A stretch of 64,000 bases of DNA from an uncultured Anaerolineales bacterium (GTDB lineage: Bacteria > Chloroflexota > Anaerolineae > Anaerolineales > UBA6663): NCBI GenBank assembly GCA_937952305.1, contig CALFZO010000004.1, forward strand, positions 3,249 through 67,248, given 5' to 3'. The notes below the pieces were generated by a model that was given only the letters and a program-made list of their open reading frames with translations, was not told the origin of the DNA and did not search any database. This document shows, piece after piece, positions 18,925-27,750 of this stretch. The translations under genes and the position numbers were made by a program. Each line of letters starts with the position of its first letter. Within the stretch, counting starts at the first letter, position 1.

Positions 18925-20085
18925 CTAATAGGCACCTGCGGTCTGGGCCAATTCCATTGCGATCCGGAGGTTCTCGACCGGGGTGCCGCGCGGAGTCGTA
19001 TCGGCGCTCCCCAAAAGCACGCCCGGGTTACCTTTGACAGCTTGGATCAATTTCGCGACTGTGTCCGTGAAGGTCTGTCGATCAGGGTCGATGAAGGTAG
19101 TTGGGTCAATGCCGCCGATCACCACTTTCCCGCTCAACTGGGCAGCGGCTTGATCCAGGGGCATATCGCCTGTCGGTGACGGGGCGATATCCGCCACGCC
19201 GGCGAACCTAGCCCCGCTGATATCCGGCATAAAGACCTTGAGCTTGCCGCACATATGCACGAGGTGGATCTTCCCGGCTTGCGTCAAGATGTCAGCATAC
19301 TCGTTCAAGCATGGCAAGCAGTATTGCCGGAAGACCTTGGGCGACAACAGCGTGCTGGAGGTGTTCTCGTATTGAATGACGACGCGGGCCGGCGAGTTGG
19401 CCAGAACCTGCTCGGTATAGCGCTTCATAGCGGCGTGCAGTTTGGCCAGTATGTCTTCCACCTCGGAACGGTAGTCTGCCAGCAGGTAATAGGTGTTCTG
19501 CAAACCCCACACCATTTCGATCAGATACATGAGGGGAGTATTCATCAAGCTGACTGTGGCCAGGCCATCCTCGCCCAACTCCTGGTTGATTCGGCGATAT
19601 GCGGTTGGGTCGGGTGTGTAGGTGGTGCCGCTCAGGTGGTCAACAGCGAAGTGAAAGACCCGCAACTCATCGCCGTTAGTGACCAGGTGCTTGAGAGGGT
19701 GAGGGATCCAGCCGACTTCACCCGTGAAGCCCCAGGTGCCTACCAGCTTCCCGACCGGCGTGCGGAGGGTTTCGGTCAGAACGCCATCGACGGTTTCCGA
19801 GGTGATCTGCACAGTGGAATCGAACGGCCCGAGATAATCCAGATATGTCGCGCGGCGTTCACGCGGGTCGCTGGCCGGGACATGCCGCAGCAGAATGTCG
19901 CACCCTAAGGCCCGGCTGGCGGCGAGCATGCCAGCGGCATAGGCATAGCCGCTGGATTGCACTGTTTTCGGGATCGAGGCTGGCATGTCCTTGAGCGTAT
20001 AGACATCGATCAGAGGGACGAAAGGGAGACGGTCCACTGGCCTTCTTTCGAGCGCGGCTAGGATCCGCTGCCGGCCGGTCATCAT
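18925..20085 (-). CDS. uroporphyrinogen decarboxylase-family protein (candidate MT-I paralogue)
   Basis: The N-terminus RQRILAALERRPVDRLPFVP is typical of UroD/MtaA-family proteins. It has LVHMCGK (H-x-C), but no Cys follows downstream. A GGGAG RBS is present. Confidence 0.75.
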   Translation of the reverse strand: MMTGRQRILAALERRPVDRLPFVPLIDVYTLKDMPASIPKTVQSSGYAYAAGMLAASRALGCDILLRHVPASDPRERRATYLDYLGPFDSTVQITSETVDGVLTETLRTPVGKLVGTWGFTGEVGWIPHPLKHLVTNGDELRVFHFAVDHLSGTTYTPDPTAYRRINQELGEDGLATVSLMNTPLMYLIEMVWGLQNTYYLLADYRSEVEDILAKLHAAMKRYTEQVLANSPARVVIQYENTSSTLLSPKVFRQYCLPCLNEYADILTQAGKIHLVHMCGKLKVFMPDISGARFAGVADIAPSPTGDMPLDQAAAQLSGKVVIGGIDPTTFIDPDRQTFTDTVAKLIQAVKGNPGVLLGSADTTPRGTPVENLRIAMELAQTAGAY

Positions 20086-20118
20086 GTTTGGATTACTCCC
20101 GGTTCCCGTGGCGGCGGT

Positions 20119-21141
20119 CTAGCCGATCGGCCGCGTCGAAGAGCGGACGATCAACTCAACCGGCAAGATCTTTCGCACCGGCATCTGAGCCTCTTGTGAG
20201 AAGTGCTCCAGCAGCGCTTGCGTGGCCAGTTTGCCTAACTCAGTCACTGGTTGAAAAATGGTGGACAAGGGTGGGGTTGAGGTGCTGGAAAAACTGAGCC
20301 CGTCGAAGCCCATCACGGCCACATCGTCCGGCACCCGGAGCCCTCTCTCCTGGAGGATCTTCAGGACACTCACCGCTCGGTTGTCGTTGAAGGCGAAGAT
20401 GGCCGTGGGTGGCTCGGGCATTGCCAGCAGGCTGCTGATCGCCTCGCGGATGCCGGCGGGATCATCGGAGGTGTGCCGGAGCAGCCGCTCGTCAAAAGCA
20501 ATGCCGCGCTCCGTCAGGGCTTGCTGATAGCCGGCCAACCGGTCAGAGTTCTCGGGGTCGAGCGAGACGCGGCCAATGTAAGCAATGCGGCGATGGCCGG
20601 CGTCCAGCAGGTGCAGGGTGGCCAGGCGGCCGCCGCCAGCATTGTCAGCCGCGACAAAGGAGACCTGGGGATCTTCGACCCGCTGGCTGACCACAACGAA
20701 GGGCATTTCCTGTTGGGTGAGCATGTTGATCTGACCCGTCAGGTCAACGCCGCCAGCCATCAGGATGATGCCATCTACTTCTTTGGATTGGCAAATGCGC
20801 AACAGGCGATCCGGCTGGGCTGCCGAGGCCAGGGTATACAGCACCAAGTTGTAGTCGGCGATCTCTGCCGCATTGGCCGCTCCGCGCAGCTCAGCGAAGT
20901 AGAACTCGCTTTTCTGTTGAGTTTCAGTTCGCGACAGGCAATAGACCACGCCAATTCTGCGCGTTTCTTTGCGCCGCAGGTTTCGCGCTGCGGCATCCGG
21001 AAAATAGCCTAACGCCTTGGCAGCGGCATGAACCTGCTGCTTCGTGCGTTCAGAGATATCCCCGTAATCGTTCAAGGCCTTGGATACCGTAGACACTGAT
21101 AGGCCCAAGTGGTCTGCCAAGTCCTTGATCGTGATCGCCAT
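20119..21141 (-). CDS. LacI-family transcriptional regulator
   Basis: N-terminal HTH ITIKDLADHLGLSVSTVSKALN and a periplasmic-binding-protein-like C-terminal domain. Confidence 0.93.
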   Translation of the reverse strand: MAITIKDLADHLGLSVSTVSKALNDYGDISERTKQQVHAAAKALGYFPDAAARNLRRKETRRIGVVYCLSRTETQQKSEFYFAELRGAANAAEIADYNLVLYTLASAAQPDRLLRICQSKEVDGIILMAGGVDLTGQINMLTQQEMPFVVVSQRVEDPQVSFVAADNAGGGRLATLHLLDAGHRRIAYIGRVSLDPENSDRLAGYQQALTERGIAFDERLLRHTSDDPAGIREAISSLLAMPEPPTAIFAFNDNRAVSVLKILQERGLRVPDDVAVMGFDGLSFSSTSTPPLSTIFQPVTELGKLATQALLEHFSQEAQMPVRKILPVELIVRSSTRPIG

Positions 21142-21151
21142 CGTGGCTTCT

Positions 21152-21179
21152 CTAAAACGTTTTAGCTAAATCGATTTAG
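21152..21179. promoter_or_regulatory. two abutting 14-bp LacI-type palindromic operators (CTAAAACGTTTTAG and CTAAATCGATTTAG)
   Basis: Both are perfect palindromes with a central CG, read directly from the sequence. They lie 11-38 nt upstream of the lacI-family start codon. Confidence 0.7.
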
Positions 21180-21183
21180 TAAG

Positions 21184-21213
21184 AAGTTAGCACGATTCCA
21201 TCCTTCGAGTCAA
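21184..21213 (-). promoter_or_regulatory. promoter candidate for the lacI-headed operon (TTGACT-18-TGcTAACTT)
   Basis: On the minus strand, the -35 is at 21213-21208 and the extended -10 ends at 21184. The predicted TSS falls inside the first operator. Confidence 0.45.
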
Positions 21214-21647
21214 TACATTGCTTGTTATCTGTTGGACGACAAAACTTTATGGAGTACTGCTCGGCCCGTTTTTCGCGAACAGCCGGGCCGAGCAGTTGTG
21301 TTAAACGGGCCGTCACTTACGGGACGCTACGCTTTTCCTACGGTTCTGGTCTTGGTCTCTTTTTTATTCACGCCTTTGAATTATAATACGTCGACTGATT
21401 AGCCCAGGGAGCGACAGCCGCATGGGCGACGGCTTGAGAGAAGTGTGCTGATGCGGGGCATACGCATTTGCCTTGCCCTCCGGCGAGGCGCGCCCTGCCT
21501 GAGCTCGGCAACCCAATCTCACCGCTTCTGCTGGCAAGGCGGCCCGGGCCAGGCCGCACCGTTGGATTGACCCACCTGCGTCACTCGCCCGCTGACGGAC
21601 CGGTTGTCGAAATCAGCCCGAGCCCGGGCGCATAGGTAGAGGCCTCT

Positions 21648-23165
21648 ATGGGAGACGGACCCTACGTGCTTGGCATTGATCAAGGCACCAGTGGCACCCG
21701 CGCCCTGGTTCTGGACCGCGAGGGCCGGGTGCACGGCTATGGCTATCGGCCGCTCGCCCGTCTTTATCCCCGGCCAGACTGGGTTGAGCAGGACCCCGCT
21801 GCTGTCACGCACAGCCTGCGCGAGGCCATGGCCCAGGCCTTGGCCGAGGCCGGCGCCCATCCAGCTGATTTCGCAGCCTGCGGGATTGCCTGTCAGCGCA
21901 ATACCGATTTCGCTTGGGATGCGCAGACGGGCCACCCACTAGCCAACGCCATCACCTGGCAGGATCTACGCACGCTGCACCTCCTCGGCGAGCTGGCCGA
22001 CTGGCCGCTTGCCCTGGAGGCGCGCCATCGACTGGGCCAAGCACCAGGGCCTTTCAGTTCCGCCTTGCATCTCGCGTGGCGGTTTCGCGAAGAGGCGGCC
22101 GTCAAGGCGGCGGCCGCCGCCGGGCGCTTGCGGCTGGGTCTTTCAGCCGCCTGGCTCCTGAGCGCCCTCGGCCGGCCGGCCGCGCACCAGATGGACTACA
22201 CCTTGGTTCAAGCCATGGGCCTCTACGACTTCCGCGCCCGTGACTATTGGGAGGCTTGGCTCCAGTGGTTGGGAGTACCCCGCGCGGCGCTGCCCACGCC
22301 CACACCCACCATTAACGACTTTGGGGTGCTCCGCGTCACCGGCCTTGACGGAGCGGAGGCGGCCGTGCCCGTGCTGGCCATGATCGGCGACCAGCAAGGC
22401 GCGCTGTTCGGCTACGACTGCCGCCGCCCGGGTGACGCCGAGTGCACGCACGGCACCGCCTCGTTCGTAGATGTCTGCCTCGGGGCCAAGGCCCCTGAGC
22501 AAGCCAAGCTCAACGTCTTCTTCGCCTGGGTGCTGGGAACCAAGGCCACGTATTGCCTTGAAGCCGACATGACCGTTACCGGCGCAGCCGTGCGGTGGAT
22601 GTGCGAAAGCGCCCGGCTGCTGGAAGGCGACGAAGAGTTAGGCCTTCTGGCCGCCTCCGTGCCTGACACAGGCGGCGTGTATTTTGTCCCGGCCTTCACC
22701 GGCCTCAACGTACCTGACAACGACTCGGCGGCCCGTGGAACCCTCTTGGGGCTGGCGCTGGGCAGCACCCGCGGCCACATTGCGCGCGCTTTCCTCGAAG
22801 CCATTGGCTACCAGACCCGGGCCGTCCTCGAGGCCATCGCGGCTGAGACCGGCCAGCGTGTGGAACGTCTATCGGTCGGAGGCGGCCTGGCGAGCAACGA
22901 TGAAGCCTGTCAGATCCAGGCGGACTTGGCCGGTGTGCCGGTGGTGCGGCCGGCCTTCAATCAGATGACGGCCCGCGCCGCTGCACTGCTAGCAGGTTTG
23001 GGAGCAGGCCTCTGGCGCAACCTGGATGACCTTCCCGAGCTGCCCGCTGAACACCGCCTTTTTGAGCCGCGGCTCAGCGCTGAGCGCCGCGACGCGGGAT
23101 ACACTGACTGGCAAAGAGCCGTGAGCCTGGCCCGCAGTTGGGGGCGAGCCAAGCAATCAGGCTAG
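21648..23165 (+). CDS. FGGY-family carbohydrate kinase (glycerol-kinase-like)
   Basis: YVLGIDQGTSGTRALVLD N-terminal motif and the FGGY C-domain segment GGGLASNDEACQIQADLAGVPV. Confidence 0.85.
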   Translation: MGDGPYVLGIDQGTSGTRALVLDREGRVHGYGYRPLARLYPRPDWVEQDPAAVTHSLREAMAQALAEAGAHPADFAACGIACQRNTDFAWDAQTGHPLANAITWQDLRTLHLLGELADWPLALEARHRLGQAPGPFSSALHLAWRFREEAAVKAAAAAGRLRLGLSAAWLLSALGRPAAHQMDYTLVQAMGLYDFRARDYWEAWLQWLGVPRAALPTPTPTINDFGVLRVTGLDGAEAAVPVLAMIGDQQGALFGYDCRRPGDAECTHGTASFVDVCLGAKAPEQAKLNVFFAWVLGTKATYCLEADMTVTGAAVRWMCESARLLEGDEELGLLAASVPDTGGVYFVPAFTGLNVPDNDSAARGTLLGLALGSTRGHIARAFLEAIGYQTRAVLEAIAAETGQRVERLSVGGGLASNDEACQIQADLAGVPVVRPAFNQMTARAAALLAGLGAGLWRNLDDLPELPAEHRLFEPRLSAERRDAGYTDWQRAVSLARSWGRAKQSG

Positions 23166-23186
23166 AGCAAGTCCGCTGGCGCTGAC

Positions 23187-23277
23187 GTCACCCCGGCCCC
23201 GGCTCCCCACTGCGCTTCGCTGCGAGGGCCATGTTTCGCCGGAATGACCGAGCGTAAGTCAGATCGGGAACCGCTTT
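23187..23277 (+). repeat. dispersed ~91-nt intergenic repeat, copy A
   Basis: About 89% identical (hand alignment, one 1-nt indel) to 60186-60277 in the same orientation. The 3' half CGCCGGAATGACCGAGCG(T/C)AAGTCA(G/T)ATCGGGAACCGCTTT is nearly invariant. Confidence 0.8.
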
Positions 23278-23337
23278 GGGGCACAAGCCTGGGGCTGGCG
23301 CGGATAGGCGCGCAGTTGGCCGCCGCGCTGAGGCGCG

Positions 23338-24981
23338 TCAAAAACCCAGCGCGCAGCCGTCGGCGCGCGGATCGCTGCCGCCCCACAGCACGCCGTTCGG
23401 GTCACGGCGGATGATCTGACCGCGGCCGAAAGCGGCGCGCGCGTAGCCGCCGATCTCGGCGCGCAGCGGATGGCCGCGCTGGCGCAGGCTGTCTACCAGG
23501 TCCGCCGGCAGGCCGGCCTCCAGCAGTACTGTGCCGCCGGCGCGGCCCTCCTCGATACAGAAGCGCGGCCGGTCCAGCGCCGCCTGCGGGTCCAGGCCGT
23601 CGTCGGCCAGACCCACCACGACCTGCACATGTCCTTGCGGCTGCATGAAGCCGCCCATCACACCGAACGGGCCGTAGAGCGAACCGTCGGCGCGCGTGAG
23701 CAGGCCCGGGATGATGGTGTGGTAGGGGCGCTTGCCGGGCCGCAGTGCGTTGGGATGCCCCGGGTCCAGCGAGAAGTTGTGGCCGCGGTTCTGCAGCGTG
23801 AAGCCCCAGGATTGGCCGGCCTCATCCTCGGGCACGAGGCCGGTGCCGAAGCCCATGTAGTTGCTGTTGATCAGCGAGCAGGCGTTGCCCTGGCCATCCA
23901 CGGCGCACAGGTACACGGTGCCAGACGCCGCCACCGGGGCGCCGCGCTGGATCTCCAGGCTGGCGTGCCCCCGATCGATCAGGCGGCGTCGTTCGGCGGC
24001 ATAGCGCGCGGACAACAGCGCCTCCAGCGGGATATCCGTGAACGCGGGATCGGCCACATACCAACGCGCGTCGGCGAAGGCCGCGCGCAGTGCCTCGATC
24101 AACAGATGCCAGCGTTCCGGGCTGAACGGCGCCAGCGGGGCGAGGTCATAACCGGAAAGGATGTTCAGCGCCAGCAGGGCGGTCACGCCCTGGCCGTTGG
24201 GCGGGCACTCCCACACCCGCAGCCCGCGATAGGCCACGCTCAGCGGCGTTTCCCAGGTGGACGTGTGCGCGGCCAGGTCGGTCTCGCTCAGGCAGCCGCC
24301 GGCCGCCTGCACGCGCCGGGCGATGGCGCGCGCCAGCGCGCCCTGGTAGAACGCGGCGGCGCCGCCCTCGGCCACAGCCCGCAGCGTGCGGGCCAGGCCC
24401 GGGTTGTGGAAGATCTCGCCGGCCCGCGGCGCGCGGCCGTCCACAGTGAGCGCCGCGCCGCCCGGGGTCTGCGCCAGGCGGGCGGCCGAGCGGCCCCAGA
24501 AGTGGCTGGTGAGAGGCGCCACTGGGAAGCCCGCTTCCGCCAGGTGGATGGCGGGAGCCAACACTTCCGCCAGCGGCCGGGTGCCATGCCGGGCGATCAG
24601 GTCGCACCAGGCGGCGCAGGCGCCGGGGATTGTGACTGTGTGGGCGTGGTAGGGGTCGGCGAAATCCCCGCCGGCGGCCAGGCCCTGCCTCTGGATCAGT
24701 TCGATGGATAGGCCGGCCGGCGCCCGGCCGGAGCCATTCAGGGCAGTCACAGCGCCCGTCGCGGCGTCGAAGTACAAGGCGAAACAATCCCCGCCGATGC
24801 CCGTGGAAGTCGGCTCGGTGACGTTCAGGGCGGCGGCCATGGCCACGGCGGCGTCGGCGGCGTTGCCGCCTCGCATGAGCAGGGCGAGGCCGGCCTGGGA
24901 GGCCAGCGGCTGGCTGCTGGCCGTCATCCCGCGGCGGGCGAGGACGGGGGAACGGTAGGAAGCGAAAATCGGTTCGAGCAT
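23338..24981 (-). CDS. ggt: gamma-glutamyltransferase
   Basis: EPTSTGIGGDCFALY, the autoprocessing/nucleophile region ASGTVYLCAVD, and GVMGGFMQPQGH. All are typical of the GGT family. Confidence 0.9.
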   Translation of the reverse strand: MLEPIFASYRSPVLARRGMTASSQPLASQAGLALLMRGGNAADAAVAMAAALNVTEPTSTGIGGDCFALYFDAATGAVTALNGSGRAPAGLSIELIQRQGLAAGGDFADPYHAHTVTIPGACAAWCDLIARHGTRPLAEVLAPAIHLAEAGFPVAPLTSHFWGRSAARLAQTPGGAALTVDGRAPRAGEIFHNPGLARTLRAVAEGGAAAFYQGALARAIARRVQAAGGCLSETDLAAHTSTWETPLSVAYRGLRVWECPPNGQGVTALLALNILSGYDLAPLAPFSPERWHLLIEALRAAFADARWYVADPAFTDIPLEALLSARYAAERRRLIDRGHASLEIQRGAPVAASGTVYLCAVDGQGNACSLINSNYMGFGTGLVPEDEAGQSWGFTLQNRGHNFSLDPGHPNALRPGKRPYHTIIPGLLTRADGSLYGPFGVMGGFMQPQGHVQVVVGLADDGLDPQAALDRPRFCIEEGRAGGTVLLEAGLPADLVDSLRQRGHPLRAEIGGYARAAFGRGQIIRRDPNGVLWGGSDPRADGCALGF

Positions 24982-25287
24982 GGTGATTGAGCCATACCTG
25001 GCGGCTCGCCGGCGACCACAGCCGCCGGGGTGGCGGGACCAGACGGGCCGGCCCCAGTGTACGCGCCCGCCGGGGGGCGGTCAACGGCCCCGGTCGGGGT
25101 ATGGGAATTGGGGGGTTCTGGCCCTTGCCGATTCGCAGGAGTGCGAGGATAATCAGCCCCACTTTTAGCTTTCCCAGCCAACCACAATTTAAGGAGGTGC
25201 TATCGCGGTAGCTCACAGCCGTGCCCGCTCTGAGTTTGTTTCAGCACAACTCATGGATGGACCGACCAATTCTAGGAGAAGAAGATA

Positions 25288-26502
25288 ATGAAACGCACGT
25301 CCTACGTTTTCTCGGCGATCATTATCGCCAGCTTGGTCCTGGCGGCCTGCGCCCCCGCCGCCACGCAGGCGCCCGCCGGCCCGGCGACCGTGAAAGTCTA
25401 CTCCAGCCTGCCGCTGACTGGTTCCAGCGCTGGCCAGACGACCACGATTGTTAACGCCATCAATCTGGCCATTGAGCAGCAGACCGACGGTGGCCTGGTG
25501 TGTGAAGGCAAGATCAAGATCGAGTACGAGTCGCTGGACGACGCCACCGCCGCGGCCGGCCAGTGGGATGCGGCCAAGGAGCAGGAGAACGCCAACAAGG
25601 CTGTGGCTGACCCGACCACCGTGGCCTACATCGGCACGTTCAACTCCGGCGCGGCCCGCGTCTCCATCCCGATCCTGAACCAGGCCGGCATCGTCATGGT
25701 CAGCCCGGCCAACACCGCCGACGACCTGACCGCTGGCGCCGACACGGCCAAGTACTACCCGACCGGCAAGCGCAACTACACGCGCGTGGTCGCTCGCGAC
25801 GCCTTCCAGGGCGCGTTCGCCGCGCGCTGGGCCGCCAAGCTGGGCGCCAAGAACGTCTACATCCTGGACGACACCCAGATCTACGGCAAGGGCGTGGCCG
25901 ACCAGTTCGAGTCCAACACGGCCGCCAACGGCCTGACCGTGGTCGGGCGCGACGGCATCGACGGCAAGGCCGCCGACTATAAGGCCCTGGCCACCAAGAT
26001 CGCCGGCACCAACCCGGACCTGATCTACTACGGCGGCATCACCCAGAACAACGCCGGCCAGCTGCTCAAGGACATCCGCGCCGCCGGCATCACGGCCATG
26101 TTCATGGGCCCGGACGGCATCCTGGAGAGCGCCTTCATCGAAGCCGCCGGCGCCGACGTGGCCGAGGGCGTGTACGGCACGATCGCCGGCAACCCGCGCG
26201 CCAAGCTGCCGCCGGCCGGCCAGAAGTTCTACACGGACTACCAGGCCAAGTTCAACAGCGAGCCGGAAGCCTACGCCATCTATGGGTATGAGGCCGCCAG
26301 CGTGGTGATCAAGGGCATCAGCACCGCCTGCTCCACGGACAAGGCCGCCGTCCTGGATGCGGTCTTCGCCACCAAGAACTTCGCCGGTGTGCTCGGCACC
26401 TGGTCGTTTGACGCCAACGGCGACACCGACCTGGTGGCCATGCTCGGCAATGTGGTCAAGGGCGGCAAGTGGGAAGAGGCTCCGGCCGACATCCTGCCGT
26501 AA
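25288..26502 (+). CDS. branched-chain amino acid ABC transporter substrate-binding lipoprotein (LivJ/K-type)
   Basis: Lipobox LVLAACAPA and a type-1 PBP with an ANF-receptor-like profile. It heads the livHMGF-like genes. An AGGAGAAG RBS is present. Confidence 0.88.
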   Translation: MKRTSYVFSAIIIASLVLAACAPAATQAPAGPATVKVYSSLPLTGSSAGQTTTIVNAINLAIEQQTDGGLVCEGKIKIEYESLDDATAAAGQWDAAKEQENANKAVADPTTVAYIGTFNSGAARVSIPILNQAGIVMVSPANTADDLTAGADTAKYYPTGKRNYTRVVARDAFQGAFAARWAAKLGAKNVYILDDTQIYGKGVADQFESNTAANGLTVVGRDGIDGKAADYKALATKIAGTNPDLIYYGGITQNNAGQLLKDIRAAGITAMFMGPDGILESAFIEAAGADVAEGVYGTIAGNPRAKLPPAGQKFYTDYQAKFNSEPEAYAIYGYEAASVVIKGISTACSTDKAAVLDAVFATKNFAGVLGTWSFDANGDTDLVAMLGNVVKGGKWEEAPADILP

Positions 26503-26634
26503 CGACCAAGTTGTCTAGCCCGCGATGCTGCCTTTCTGGTAGCCAAGCCTAGGTGAGAAAGAAGAGGGAGTGAAGTGATCCCACTTTGCTCCCTCTTCGT
26601 CTATCCGCCGGTCGGCCGTGTCCTTCGGTGAGTT

Positions 26635-27750
26635 ATGCCACAATTCTCCCCTGCTACCCAACGTCTGCTGAGAACGCTGCTCGGGGTCGCCGTCATCTAC
26701 CTGGCTTTGATCCTGGGCCAGCCGGCCGGCCTGGATCTGGTGCGCATTGTCGATGATATCCGCACCACCCCCACGAATATCGTCCAGCAACTGATCATCG
26801 GCCTGTCTAACGGCGCCATCATCGTCATCATCGCCTTGGGCTACACTTTGGTGTACGGCATTATCGAGCTTGTGAATTTTGCCCACGGCGAAGTCTTCAT
26901 GTTGGGCGCCTTCACGGCGCTGCTGGCGCTCTCGCTCTTCACCAGCACCACGGCCGCCGGCGGCCTGACCGCGCCGCTGTGGGCGGCTCTGCTGGGCTTC
27001 ATCCCGGCCATGCTGGTGTGCGGCCTGCTGAATGCCGGCATCGAGCGCCTGGCCTATCGTCGGCTGCGCAACTCGCCCAAGCTGGCGGTGCTGATCAGCG
27101 CCATCGGCATGTCCTTCATCTTGCAGAACGTCGGTCTGCAGCTGGGCGCCTTCGGCAAGCTCACCCAGGTGGGGCCGCAGTTTGAGTTCCTGCGCGTGCT
27201 CGGCTCCAACAACGCCGCCCCCAAGAGCTTTCCGGTCGTGCTCAGCACCGAAAACCTGCTGGGCGACTTTATCATCCGCGTCACCGCCGCCGACCTGCTG
27301 GTGATGGGCACGGCCCTGGTGCTGATGCTGGCCCTCAACTGGTTCGTGCAGAACACGCGCCTGGGCAAGGCCATGCGCGCCACCGCCCAGAACCGGGATG
27401 CGGCGGCCATGATGGGCATCAACGTAGACCAGATCATCGCCCTGACCTTCCTGATCGGCGGCGCCCTGGCCGGCGCGGCCGGCATGATGTTCGGCCTGTA
27501 CAACGGCACGGCCGTCTTCACCATGGGCTTCACGGCCGGGCTGCGCTCGTTCACGGCCGCCGTGCTGGGCGGCATCGGCAACATCCGCGGCGCCGCCCTG
27601 GGCGGGGTGCTGATCGGCCTGCTGGCCGCCTTCAGCGACCAGTATCTGGCCGTGCGCTGGACCAACGCCTGGGTGTTCCTGATCCTGGTGCTGGTGCTGC
27701 TCTTCCGGCCCACCGGCCTGCTGGGGCAGGAGTCTGGAGACAAAGCCTGA
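26635..27750 (+). CDS. livH: branched-chain amino acid ABC transporter permease
   Basis: LivH-type motifs GYTLVYGIIELVNFAHGEVFMLGAF and GGIGNIRGAALGG. Confidence 0.88.
   Translation: MPQFSPATQRLLRTLLGVAVIYLALILGQPAGLDLVRIVDDIRTTPTNIVQQLIIGLSNGAIIVIIALGYTLVYGIIELVNFAHGEVFMLGAFTALLALSLFTSTTAAGGLTAPLWAALLGFIPAMLVCGLLNAGIERLAYRRLRNSPKLAVLISAIGMSFILQNVGLQLGAFGKLTQVGPQFEFLRVLGSNNAAPKSFPVVLSTENLLGDFIIRVTAADLLVMGTALVLMLALNWFVQNTRLGKAMRATAQNRDAAAMMGINVDQIIALTFLIGGALAGAAGMMFGLYNGTAVFTMGFTAGLRSFTAAVLGGIGNIRGAALGGVLIGLLAAFSDQYLAVRWTNAWVFLILVLVLLFRPTGLLGQESGDKA

Noticed and set aside
24146-25216. 356-aa minus-strand ORF overlapping the 5' part of ggt and the upstream intergenic region
   Set aside because: It is off-frame relative to a clear GGT-family ORF. 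Its extreme Arg/Pro/Gly content makes it look non-coding.
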